Part shown: one piece after another, positions 20,748-29,372 of the stretch | Numbering within the stretch: the first letter of the stretch is position 1 | Layout: every line of letters starts with the position of its first letter | Assembly (NCBI GenBank): GCA_964618225.1 | Contig: CAZTWS010000003.1 | Span: 57,101 to 121,100, forward strand | Source: an uncultured Planctomycetaceae bacterium | GTDB taxonomy: Bacteria > Planctomycetota > Planctomycetia > Pirellulales > Lacipirellulaceae | Length of the DNA: 64,000 nucleotides | Direction: 5' to 3' | The notes under the pieces: generated by a model | What the model was told of the DNA's origin: nothing | Seen by the model: only the letters and a program-made list of their open reading frames with translations | The model's database searches: none | Program-made: the position numbers and the translations under genes

Positions 20748-20829
20748 GCGGAGGGCATGGGACTCGAACCCACAACCGGTTTCCCGGCACCACATTTCCA
20801 GTGTGGCCGCTAGCCATTCGCTTACCCTC
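20748..20829 (-). tRNA. tRNA-Ser(GGA)-like gene, class II with a long variable arm and no encoded CCA
   Basis: Folded by hand. The 7-bp acceptor is GGAGGGT/GCCCTCC. The anticodon stem is CCACA/TGTGG with loop CTGGAAA (anticodon GGA). The variable arm is CCGG-GAAA-CCGG. The T arm is GTGGG-TTCGAGT-CCCAT. The D stem pairs poorly (2 canonical pairs), so tRNAscan confirmation is needed. Confidence 0.7.
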
Positions 20830-21145
20830 CGAATGGAAGACTTAAGTCCTTATCTTAACACCATTTGGGCCGATGTCTACCGCAAGCCTCCCTACCGCTG
20901 TTTGCCGCAACGACACTTGGATTAACGCCTATTTGCAGTCCTGTGCGATTGAGGGACCGGCTCGATTCGCACGACCATCACCAACGCAATCCGTGAACAC
21001 GAACGGCACTGCTCGCACGGGGCTTTGCGGCAGCCACACTAGGCATCGAAAAATCCCAACCGCAGCAGCCACCTAGCGCTCAACAACACAAGCGTACGCG
21101 CACCGACAAAGAAGAGGATAAGAAGTTAAGTGAGTGGTGTGTGAG

Positions 21146-21310
21146 TGTCCGGGAATTCAACTCCTGTGGAGCCGTAGGAGGTTAACCGCGTGTGCCTCAA
21201 ACGCCTGTGACACACCTTTACGCGTCATTCCCGCGCAGGCTTGCCTTCACGCAGGCGGGGGCGGGAATTGACGACAGCGCGTAGCGTGCCATCTCGAATT
21301 CCCGGACACC
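21146..21310. repeat. Nested inverted-repeat element of about 165 bp
   Basis: The outer arms are a perfect 14-bp inverted repeat: GTGTCCGGGAATTC (21146-21159) and GAATTCCCGGACAC (21297-21310). The inner arms are imperfect: CGTCATTCCCGC (21224-21235) and GCGGGAATTGACG (21262-21274). Confidence 0.55.
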
Positions 21311-21593
21311 CTCAAAGCAAATCCGAGCAACCGGCAGCCATCCACGCGCTTAGCAGTCCACGTCACGCTCCTCCAAGCCAGCGGGATCGATCTCCGCACA
21401 TGCGCTGCGCATGCACATTAAAATTCCCTCCCAGGACAAAAAGCATGCAGACACTTCGACGCCCACCAACACACGATGCAGAACTTTTGCAAACAGCGAA
21501 AGCTCCCTTAAAACAGCCGCAACCCCCACAATGACGGTTATTCACCCCAAGTTACTTTGCGAAAAAACGAGAAAAAACTGCGCACAATTTCAT

Positions 21594-21621
21594 TTGCGTG
21601 GCTGACTACGCGGGTTATTCT
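21594..21621 (+). promoter_or_regulatory. Putative sigma70-type promoter (TTGCGT-N16-TATTCT) inside a conserved ~90-bp upstream module (21543-21632)
   Basis: The hexamers and their spacing are conserved with the 28292-28319 copy. The element lies about 80 nt upstream of ATG 21702. Confidence 0.4.
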
Positions 21622-21701
21622 GAAGATTAGGGCCATTTCGGTTGGAGCTCCCGCCGTAGCGGCTTATCCAGACAAATCCTGCATCGAGGGTGGAGAATCT
21701 A

Positions 21702-24137
21702 ATGAAACGTTGTACATGTTTGGTGGCGGGCTTACTGTGTTTGGCCCTGGCACCGGCCGCGGCGCTAGCGCAAAGCACCTTATATTGGGACGTCAATGGC
21801 TCGGCAGACGGGGGAAAGGATGAAGGCGGCTTCGGCGACGGTACTTGGAGTGGGACGGATGTCAACTGGAACACCGACCCCACGGGCGGTGCCGCTGGTA
21901 CCCTTTCTGCCTGGACCAACGCTCTAGATCATGCGGTTTTTTCAGCCGGCAGCAACGTGGTCGGCGATCCTGTTGTAGATGTCGATCTTACGGTTGCAGG
22001 CACTCAGAGTGCGGCCTCGGTACTGTTTGAAGAAGGGTACGTTAAGGTTCTCAGCGGTGTAATTGATACACCGCAAGTTACAATCAACACCGGTGCGAAA
22101 CTGGGCGTTACCACAGTAACCAACATCAGCGCTGCAGCCGGTAAAATCACGCTGGCCGGTGGTACTTATGAAATGAATAACTTCGGCCATGCGGGGAGTT
22201 TTATTTTCGCCGCGAAAGCCCTGGAAATTAACGGTAGCGGCACCATCCATTACGACGACACCGTTGCCCGAACCCCCACCGACTGCCAATGCACGATCTA
22301 TACTCCTGGCGTCGGCAACGGGATCCTCGGTGTTGGTGGCACGCCGACAGCCGGTGCCGGCACGCTGATTAAGACCGGTGCCGGCGAAGTCCGCGTCCAA
22401 GGCGCGCAACTTGCCAATTTCTCGTTTGAAAAGCTCGTGATCCAGGAAGGTCTGTATCGAGTTGGCAGTTCCGGCACGGCAGTCCCTGAGTGGGAACGAG
22501 GCTTTGGCGCGACGCCACCATCGTTATTGACTGACGCGATTACACTTGACGGTGGAGAAATCGGTTCGAGTGTCGCTCTGACTTTAAGCGCAAACCGCGG
22601 TGTCACCGTCACACCAAATGGTGGTACGTTCCAAAATGGCGGTGCCGGGGTGGTAAACTTCCAAGGCCCGCTGACTGGTTCGGGGACCATCACTGTGACT
22701 GGCACCCTACTCTCTCCCACCAGCCTAAATCATGGCGTCAGCACAGGTGGCACCACGCTGAGTAACGCCAGCAATGTGAGCACATTCAATGGGAACGTTG
22801 TGATTAGTAGCAGCACGCTCACACTCACCACGTCGCTGACAACCCCTAACTTTAGCGGCGGTGTTACGGTCACACCTCCGACCGGTAGTGCGGTACCAGG
22901 AGATGTAACTACTATCGGCACGGTCAGCATTGCTGCCGCCCAAACATTTACGGCCGGCTCAGATAATAACAGCACCAGCTACGCTGGGCGCGTGATTGGT
23001 GCCGGAACGTTCCGCAAAGTTGGCAGTGGCACGCTGACGCTGGACTCTAGCCAAACCGTACATGCGGAGGGCTCCACCGTCACCAACTACACCGGCGAGT
23101 GGTCGAACACCGGCGGCGTCATCATCGACGGTGGCACCATTCGGTTTGGTACTTCCCTCGCCGGCTTCGGCACGTTGACTCCAGTGACGGTGAACAACGG
23201 TGCCACGTTGGATATGAACAATATCAACGACACGTTCGGCGGCTTGGTAAGCGACGCCGGAAATACCACCGGCCAGGTTCTTCAAGGCAGTGGTAACTTG
23301 ACGCTGGCCGCCGCAACCGGCACGCGTACGTTTGCAGGCACCATTACAGGTAGCGGCAACTTCAATAAGGGACGAGCCCTGCCCGGCGGTGCTGCTGACG
23401 TGGCCACGCAAATCCTCACCGGCAACAATTCGCTCGGCCCGGTGAACGTCAACGCTGGTTCACTAATCTTCAACGGAACCAACACGACCGGTGCCGTGAC
23501 CGTCAACGGCGGTACTCTCGGTGGCACCGGTAGTGTCAGCGGCGCGGCAACTGTCAATTCCGACGCCCATGTCGCCCCAGGAAGTAGCGGTATCGGAACC
23601 TTGACCCTGAATGGTGGTCTCACGCTGAATGCGGGGTCCATTTTGGACTTCGAACTGGGTGCTCCCGGCACGAGCGACTTGCTCAACGTGACTCTGAGTA
23701 ACGGCCTCAACATCGCCGGTGCCACCACGGTTAACCTCAGCAATGCAGGTGGATTGGCAGTCGGCAACTACACTCTAATCGACTATGCCGGTTCGCTTGG
23801 CGGTAACTTCGCCAACTTGGCTCTAGGCACCACTCCATCTGGGTTTAGCTACGCTCTGAATAACACCGGAAGCGTCATCACGTTGTCAGTCACCGGCGCT
23901 TCAGCACCCGATGGCGACTACAATAACAACGGCGTGGTAGATGCGGCAGATTATGTTTTATGGCGTAAAAACCCCTCCGCTTTCGGTGGCGATCCCGCTG
24001 GCTTCAACACCTGGAAGACCACCTTCGGCCAAGCCTCCCCAGGTGCCGGCAGTGGTGGGGCGGTGCCAGAACCAGCCTCCTTCGCCATCATCATGCTCGG
24101 CCTCACTGCCTTCGCCGGCTTCCGCCGATCACGATAA
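21702..24137 (+). CDS. PEP-CTERM-anchored surface protein with autotransporter-associated beta-strand (PATR) repeats and a dockerin-like motif
   Basis: ATG 21702 is preceded by GGTGGAG. Signal peptide is MKRCTCLVAGLLCLALAPAAALA. Repeated G.GTLTL...N.YTG / GGTL blocks are present, along with DGDYNNNGVVDAADYVLWRKN. The C-terminus is VPEPASFAIIMLGLTAFAGFRRSR (PEP-CTERM sorting signal). Confidence 0.85.
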   Translation: MKRCTCLVAGLLCLALAPAAALAQSTLYWDVNGSADGGKDEGGFGDGTWSGTDVNWNTDPTGGAAGTLSAWTNALDHAVFSAGSNVVGDPVVDVDLTVAGTQSAASVLFEEGYVKVLSGVIDTPQVTINTGAKLGVTTVTNISAAAGKITLAGGTYEMNNFGHAGSFIFAAKALEINGSGTIHYDDTVARTPTDCQCTIYTPGVGNGILGVGGTPTAGAGTLIKTGAGEVRVQGAQLANFSFEKLVIQEGLYRVGSSGTAVPEWERGFGATPPSLLTDAITLDGGEIGSSVALTLSANRGVTVTPNGGTFQNGGAGVVNFQGPLTGSGTITVTGTLLSPTSLNHGVSTGGTTLSNASNVSTFNGNVVISSSTLTLTTSLTTPNFSGGVTVTPPTGSAVPGDVTTIGTVSIAAAQTFTAGSDNNSTSYAGRVIGAGTFRKVGSGTLTLDSSQTVHAEGSTVTNYTGEWSNTGGVIIDGGTIRFGTSLAGFGTLTPVTVNNGATLDMNNINDTFGGLVSDAGNTTGQVLQGSGNLTLAAATGTRTFAGTITGSGNFNKGRALPGGAADVATQILTGNNSLGPVNVNAGSLIFNGTNTTGAVTVNGGTLGGTGSVSGAATVNSDAHVAPGSSGIGTLTLNGGLTLNAGSILDFELGAPGTSDLLNVTLSNGLNIAGATTVNLSNAGGLAVGNYTLIDYAGSLGGNFANLALGTTPSGFSYALNNTGSVITLSVTGASAPDGDYNNNGVVDAADYVLWRKNPSAFGGDPAGFNTWKTTFGQASPGAGSGGAVPEPASFAIIMLGLTAFAGFRRSR

Positions 24138-24166
24138 CCCCTGCAGCTAACTGTTAAAACCTTTCA

Positions 24167-24202
24167 CCCCGGGATCATCTTCATGATGGTCCCGGGGTTT
24201 TT
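24167..24202 (+). terminator. Rho-independent terminator
   Basis: CCCCGGGATCAT..ATGATGGTCCCGGGG hairpin followed by TTTTT, 30 nt after the stop at 24137. Confidence 0.7.
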
Positions 24203-24279
24203 CATTGGTGCCCCAGCCGCTCGCGACTTAGCCCCCCTCTCGTTGCGCGAATGCGTGAAACCCCTGCGCGTCATTTTCG

Positions 24280-24309
24280 TTGCTTCTCATACCTGGAAGT
24301 GGATAGAAT
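24280..24309 (+). promoter_or_regulatory. Putative promoter (TTGCTT-N18-TAGAAT)
   Basis: The hexamers lie upstream of the first DUF1559 gene. They are preceded by AAACCCCTGCGCGTCATTTTCG, which resembles the AAACTGCGCA..TT.TCG box of the 21.6-kb and 28.3-kb modules. Confidence 0.35.
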
Positions 24310-24389
24310 AGTAAAAGCTGCTATTCCATCTGCGCAAGCACGGCTTTTCTCATTGCGCCCGGCATTCTATAGCAACAAGAGGTGTGAAG

Positions 24390-25625
24390 ATGAATCCAAG
24401 CTCGATGCGAGCAAACCACCAAAATTCGACCCACTCGAAACTTTCCCGAAGTGGTCCAGCATTTTTGGGCTTTACCCTGGTGGAGTTGTTGGTCGTTATC
24501 GCGATCATCGGCATCCTCGTAGCTTTGTTGTTACCCGCGATTCAGGCAGCGCGCGAAGCGGCGCGGCGCGCACAATGCACAAGCAACATCCATAATGCCG
24601 CATTGGCCGTCTTGAACTACGAATCGAGCAGGAGGATTCTTCCCGAGGGAATGACATTCGCTGACGCAAACGAGGATGGAGTTTCGGATACGGGCGGAAC
24701 GATCCAGACGCTCGATCGATATGGACCGAATTGGATCATCAAGGTTCTTCCATACATGGAAGAAGAGGTTTTGTTCAATGCCTTCGACTTTAGTGTCGGT
24801 GTCAACCAACCTGGTGCCGGGAATCGCAATGTCGAGGCGCGAGGAACGGTGATCCCTGCGTTGCTGTGCCCCAGCGATTCTTACAACCAAGTGAAATATC
24901 AAGGCCGCACGGGGTCCCCGCACGGGGCGCCAAACGGCAATTGGGCGCGTTCGAATTACGCGGCGAATGCAGGCCGGTCGTTCCTTGTTAAAGGTGTTGC
25001 TTCCACACCGACAGCGCAACTTTTTGGTCGCAGAAGTGAAGGCTGGAGCGGAAAGGACGCTGGCTGCTTTCGAGGAGTCATGGGACCAAACGTGGCGGTT
25101 AAGTTAAGTCAGATTATCGACGGTACCAGCAAGACGATGATGCTCGGTGAGATCCGCGCGGGTCTCACCGAGCAGGACGCTCGCGGCGTATGGGCGCTGG
25201 GGCATGCTGGCGCAAGCCTGCTTGCCATGCATGGCTCGGGCGGCGACGCCAACGGGCCTAATTTCTGCACGGCCAGCTCGGACGATGTCTATGCCGATCT
25301 CGTCGCCTCTACGGGAGGCGGCCTGACGTGCAACAATGCCGGTGCCCATCCTGTCGCGCACATCGAATGCATGAGCGTTAACGGCGGAACTGCATTCATG
25401 CAGGCAACGTCTCGAAGCAAGCACCCCGGCGGCGTCCACATCGCCATGGTGGACGGCAGTGTACAATTTATTTCAGAAGACGTGGAAACGAGCGGCTGTT
25501 ATGGCGAATGCTGCACCGTTTGGGACCAAATGCTCCTCAGCGCCGATGGTGAACGCGGCGGCCCTTGGAACGGCGTAGTTGCCGGTGGATCTCGAGGCGG
25601 GCCTGCTGGGTGTCCTAAACAATAG
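24390..25625 (+). CDS. DUF1559 / H-X9-DG protein with a prepilin-type N-terminal cleavage-methylation domain
   Basis: GFTLVELLVVIAIIGILVALLLPAIQAAREAARRAQC (type IV pilin-like N-terminus). The C-terminal HPGGVHIAMVDG matches H-X9-DG. This family is greatly expanded in Planctomycetes. Confidence 0.88.
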   Translation: MNPSSMRANHQNSTHSKLSRSGPAFLGFTLVELLVVIAIIGILVALLLPAIQAAREAARRAQCTSNIHNAALAVLNYESSRRILPEGMTFADANEDGVSDTGGTIQTLDRYGPNWIIKVLPYMEEEVLFNAFDFSVGVNQPGAGNRNVEARGTVIPALLCPSDSYNQVKYQGRTGSPHGAPNGNWARSNYAANAGRSFLVKGVASTPTAQLFGRRSEGWSGKDAGCFRGVMGPNVAVKLSQIIDGTSKTMMLGEIRAGLTEQDARGVWALGHAGASLLAMHGSGGDANGPNFCTASSDDVYADLVASTGGGLTCNNAGAHPVAHIECMSVNGGTAFMQATSRSKHPGGVHIAMVDGSVQFISEDVETSGCYGECCTVWDQMLLSADGERGGPWNGVVAGGSRGGPAGCPKQ

Positions 25626-25638
25626 CGATTGTGAAGTA

Positions 25639-26106
25639 ATGGCAGAACTTGAATTACAAAAGCGGTCCAGAATCAAGGATTGGCCGCGCGCCGCATTATT
25701 AGTCGTGCTGGCTTCGGCAACCCTATGTGCGATAGCGGGCTGCAATCACGGACCGCCGATGTCTCAAGTCAAAGGCAGCGTGTTTTACAAAGACGGCTCG
25801 GTGCCTCAAGGCGCGATAGCCCTCGTACGATTCCAGCCATCCCAGGACAGCACGGCCCAAGTGCGCAAGGGCGCTACCGGCACTATCAACGCGGACGGCA
25901 CGTTTGAGATGTTTACTCGTAAACAGGGTGATGGCGTACATCACGGCGAATATGTGGTAACGTTCCTTGTACAAAAAAGCCTATCGGATCAGAAATCACT
26001 GGTTCATGAAAAATACTCCATGCCGCACACAACGCCAATCAAGGTCTTGGTGGACGGCAACATCCGCGACCTAAAATTTGAGGTTGAGCCATCGCCGGGA
26101 ACCTGA
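25639..26106 (+). CDS. Small lipoprotein with a carboxypeptidase-regulatory-like beta-sandwich, partner of the DUF1559 gene
   Basis: Lipobox LCAIAGC, then VKGSVFYKDGSVPQGAIALVRFQP. It is paralogous in layout to 27319-27726. Confidence 0.6.
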   Translation: MAELELQKRSRIKDWPRAALLVVLASATLCAIAGCNHGPPMSQVKGSVFYKDGSVPQGAIALVRFQPSQDSTAQVRKGATGTINADGTFEMFTRKQGDGVHHGEYVVTFLVQKSLSDQKSLVHEKYSMPHTTPIKVLVDGNIRDLKFEVEPSPGT

Positions 26107-26160
26107 ATGTCAACGGCAACATACGATCTCCTCTCCGCCGACTGAAAAGGCAGGCAGTTC

Positions 26161-27246
26161 ATGAAACGAACAAAATCAACCAATCGAAGCCAACATCGCA
26201 TGCACGTACAAGCTGGTTTTACGCTTGTCGAGCTGTTGGTAGTAATTGCCATCATCGGCATTCTCGTCGCACTCTTGCTGCCTGCTATTCAAGCTGCTCG
26301 CGAGGCCGCACGACGCTCTCAGTGCCAGAACAATCTTAAGAACATCGGCTTGGCATGTTTGAATTACGAGTCGTCGAAGAAAGAATTGCCCCCCGGCTCG
26401 ACGATAGCCAAGGGAGCACAACAAAGTGGTTTAGCGTGGACAGTCCTGATACTGCCCTACATAGAAGAAAGTACGGTCAGTGAAGATGCTATTGCCCGAT
26501 TTAAGGCAAGTGGCGACGCATATGGAGCGGGCATGGACGTTCTCAACTCGCTCCTGCTGCCAATGTATTTATGCCCCAGCGATCCTGAGCTACGCAATCA
26601 GCTCGAAAAATTTGGAAACCAAAATCGCAAGGGCATGAGCTATTCCGGTGTCGCAGGCTCGTATTATGCACGCGAAGGAAGGTGTCCTTCAGTAAAAACT
26701 CCAGGCCAATATTGTGTAAGCGCTAGCGCCGGAGGACTATTCGGTCCTAATAATTACGATGGATTACTAATCCAGGGATGGCCTGTGAAGCTTAAGCAAG
26801 CCACGGATGGCCTAAGTAAAACATTGATGGTAGGCGAACGATACTATCAAATCCGTGCGTGGATGATCGGTGCCTACTGGGTAGCACCAACCGACCCGCC
26901 TTCAGGCGGATCGCGAGGAGATAGTGCACCGCCGTCTGGCCCACAGCCGTCAACTGCATTTTTTGCCAGCAAGAATATCACGGATCGTTGGCCCGTTAAT
27001 CACGATCCCATGGTAAATGCCTATATGGATCATCAGAATGACATGGGCGATAGGCCAACCATCGGCCCAAGCAACCCTAAGCAGATATCCGTTAACGATC
27101 TACCCTTCGGCAGCATGCATCGAGGCGGTGCCAACTTTGTCATGGGCGATGGCGGCGTCAGATTCTTGCCGGACGATCTCGATACCAGAATATGGCTAGC
27201 CATGGCGTCGCGCAATGGCGATGAAGCCGTCGGCGACTCGTATTGA
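26161..27246 (+). CDS. DUF1559 / H-X9-DG protein with a prepilin-type N-terminus (second copy)
   Basis: GFTLVELLVVIAIIGILVALLLPAIQAAREAARRSQC. The C-terminal HRGGANFVMGDG matches H-X9-DG. Confidence 0.88.
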   Translation: MKRTKSTNRSQHRMHVQAGFTLVELLVVIAIIGILVALLLPAIQAAREAARRSQCQNNLKNIGLACLNYESSKKELPPGSTIAKGAQQSGLAWTVLILPYIEESTVSEDAIARFKASGDAYGAGMDVLNSLLLPMYLCPSDPELRNQLEKFGNQNRKGMSYSGVAGSYYAREGRCPSVKTPGQYCVSASAGGLFGPNNYDGLLIQGWPVKLKQATDGLSKTLMVGERYYQIRAWMIGAYWVAPTDPPSGGSRGDSAPPSGPQPSTAFFASKNITDRWPVNHDPMVNAYMDHQNDMGDRPTIGPSNPKQISVNDLPFGSMHRGGANFVMGDGGVRFLPDDLDTRIWLAMASRNGDEAVGDSY

Positions 27247-27318
27247 CCAGATGGAAGTGGAGGCCGCAGAGTGATCATCCCCACAGAAGATCCACGAAGA
27301 GGCTTCTTGTGTTTCCTT

Positions 27319-27726
27319 ATGTCTTTTCGAGGCCTGCCCAATTCTGGTTCGATCGTCGCGTGCCTTATCCTCTTAAGCAGCGCACTTGGTTGTGGCTCGT
27401 CAGATGGTACGGTCCCCGTCCAAGGACGCGTCATCTATCGCGAACAGGCGCTGGCGAATGGCTCGGTGACATTTTTTCCCGTAACCGGCCGGCCCGTCAA
27501 TGTTCCCCTTTCGGCTGAGGGGACCTACACCGCGAACCTTGCCCCGGGCGAATACACGGTCACCGTCAACTACACCGAGCCCCTGCCACCCGGTTACAAA
27601 GAAGGGGCCCCCCTCCCAAAGCCAAAAATCACGCTGCCTCCCGAGTACAACACTCGGGCAAAGAGCAAGCTCGCCGCCCAAGTGGCAGACGACCACTCCG
27701 AGCCCATCAACTTCGACCTGCAATAG
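27319..27726 (+). CDS. Small lipoprotein, partner of the second DUF1559 gene
   Basis: MSFRGLPNSGSIVACLILLSSALGC lipobox, then VQGRVIYREQALANGSVTFFPV. The track ORF begins at GTG 27271; ATG 27319 gives a cleaner signal peptide. Confidence 0.6.
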   Translation: MSFRGLPNSGSIVACLILLSSALGCGSSDGTVPVQGRVIYREQALANGSVTFFPVTGRPVNVPLSAEGTYTANLAPGEYTVTVNYTEPLPPGYKEGAPLPKPKITLPPEYNTRAKSKLAAQVADDHSEPINFDLQ

Positions 27727-27967
27727 GCCATTCAAATCTCGAAGGCATTGAGAGCAATTTTCAAGCTTGCATGCCGAAAACACCTCGTCGGGTAGCTGGG
27801 GCAACGCCCCAGGAGTTGAAAAAACCAATCGTAGCGCGTGTGCTTCCGCACCCACGAATTGTGGCTGCCAACCCATTTAGCCGCCGGTCTATGACCGGCG
27901 GGGAGCCTGGCGCTCTACCCACCAAGAATGCATCGTGGTGAATTGAACGCAATGCAAAACCCACATA

Positions 27968-28062
27968 CTTCGTGGTTCAAAAACTCTGCTTCTCTACTCC
28001 TTGCTCCACGCTCCCTGCTTCATCCTCCGTGCCCCGTGGTTAAATTCTCCCAATGGCCGAAA
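27968..28062 (+). repeat. Intergenic repeat family, copy A
   Basis: The core CTACTCCTTGCTCCACGCTCCCTGCTTCATCCTCCGTGCCCCGTGGT (27994-28040) matches 53950-53996 at 46 of 47 positions. The flanks CTTCGTGGTTCAAAAACTCT and GTGGTTAAATTCT match the reverse complement of 63769-63852. Confidence 0.65.
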
Positions 28063-28291
28063 ACAACCACTTGAAAACGGCCACCGAATGTGTATATTAG
28101 TACACATACGAAATGGCCACCCGAGCTTGCTGCCGCCCGAATACCCCTCCGCCGCTTGCGGCTTAGCGCCCCCAATACGTAACCCCGATTCCACCCCAAT
28201 GCCCCCTAACCTCTGTCGTCTCACCGCTCACCTCTGGCAAAGCACCCCAATTTCCCTGCGAAATAACGAGAATAAACTGCGCAGATTATCG

Positions 28292-28319
28292 TTGCATTAA
28301 CGGTTCCACTGGTTATTCT
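28292..28319 (+). promoter_or_regulatory. Putative promoter (TTGCAT-N16-TATTCT) inside a conserved upstream module (28243-28330)
   Basis: The module is collinear with 21543-21632. For example, GCGAAATAACGAGAATAAACTGCGCA and GCGAAAAAACGAGAAAAAACTGCGCA agree at 24 of 26 positions. Confidence 0.4.
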
Positions 28320-28406
28320 CAAGGATAGGACTATGCCCTCGGGGGGCTTGGCTCCACACTTCGATTGACGAACACTGTAACCCTTTTTGGTTGGGAGAAT
28401 TTGCTA

Positions 28407-29171
28407 ATGAAAAGCCTCACATTACTAACCGCGGCGTTCCTCGCCGCCCTCTGCGGCCTACCCGCCGCAAACGCCGCCTTTATTGTTGAACCGCACGCAA
28501 ACGGTAAAGCCTACGCCAACTTTTCCAGCCCAGATGGGGCACCAAATGTCTCGGCAGTTGGTACTGCGGCTGGCCTTAGTGGCGTACAAAGCGCTCTTGG
28601 TACCACAGCTGCGGGGTTTTCCCCAGCTAATATTAACGGTTGGACTTTCTCGTACACGCCCGGAGTGGATGCGGATAATACCGTATATACCGCAGGGCAA
28701 GCACTTGGTGACAGACGAATCGATCCTCCAGGCAATCCAAGTGGCGTAACTGTTCAACCTCAAACCGCTACTGGCTTAGTGGGTGGAGTGTCAGGTATTT
28801 ATAATGTGTATATCACTTGGCCAGGCTCCGCAAACGTCAATGTTGCAGGCTCAACAATTACGGTTACCAGCGATGACGCGCCAATTGTTCTCAACCCGGT
28901 CGATGTGAACGGTAATGCTGGTGGTCCCAATCCTTTCACCCCTTCAGGCCAAGGTGGTACGAATAGATGGTTACTGATTGGAACGGTTGATCTAACACAA
29001 GGCAATACTTACACAGTAAACATGAAAGCCAATAGCGCGTCTTTTACTTCTCAGCGCGCTTCGGGGGTGATGTGGGAATTGTTGAGTCCCGCCGTCATAC
29101 CCGAACCTGCAACCCTACTCATGTTAGGTCTCGGCATGATTGGTACTCTAGCGATTCGTCGCCGCAGCTAG
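28407..29171 (+). CDS. PEP-CTERM sorting-domain protein
   Basis: ATG 28407 follows GGGAGA. Signal peptide is MKSLTLLTAAFLAALCGLPAANA. The C-terminus is IPEPATLLMLGLGMIGTLAIRRRS. Confidence 0.8.
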   Translation: MKSLTLLTAAFLAALCGLPAANAAFIVEPHANGKAYANFSSPDGAPNVSAVGTAAGLSGVQSALGTTAAGFSPANINGWTFSYTPGVDADNTVYTAGQALGDRRIDPPGNPSGVTVQPQTATGLVGGVSGIYNVYITWPGSANVNVAGSTITVTSDDAPIVLNPVDVNGNAGGPNPFTPSGQGGTNRWLLIGTVDLTQGNTYTVNMKANSASFTSQRASGVMWELLSPAVIPEPATLLMLGLGMIGTLAIRRRS

Positions 29172-29193
29172 TCCCTTAAATCATCCTGTTTAT

Positions 29194-29225
29194 GCCGCGT
29201 CAGGCCCATCCTGGCGCGGCTTTTT
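29194..29225 (+). terminator. Rho-independent terminator
   Basis: 11-bp stem GCCGCGTCAGG / CCTGGCGCGGC (one G-U pair) with loop CCCAT, followed by TTTTT. Confidence 0.7.
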
Positions 29226-29309
29226 CATTTTTAGACTAACTTCAATTGCTCGACGGACCGAACTAAACCCACGACCCGGCTTTAATTTTTGTCCTCCCCC
29301 CAAGTTTCC

Positions 29310-29339
29310 TTGACTTTAGAAACAGCACCTCACTAGATT
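29310..29339 (+). promoter_or_regulatory. Putative promoter (TTGACT-N18-TAGATT)
   Basis: The hexamers lie about 35 nt upstream of ATG 29373. Confidence 0.4.
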
Positions 29340-29372
29340 GAGCAGCATCACTTCAAACCTTCGAGGCTGCTA

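Noticed and set aside
21224-21274. Similarity of CGTCATTCCCGCGCAGGC...GCGGGAAT to Neisseria dRS3/NIME-type repeats
   Set aside because: The resemblance is limited to a short GC-rich palindrome in an unrelated phylum and is most likely coincidental. It is reported only as a local inverted repeat.
21594-28319. Sigma-54 (-24 GG / -12 GC) promoters upstream of the PEP-CTERM genes, as expected for PrsK/PrsR-type regulation
   Set aside because: No TGGCAC-N5-TTGC arrangement is present in the conserved modules. The conserved hexamers fit a -35/-10 layout instead.
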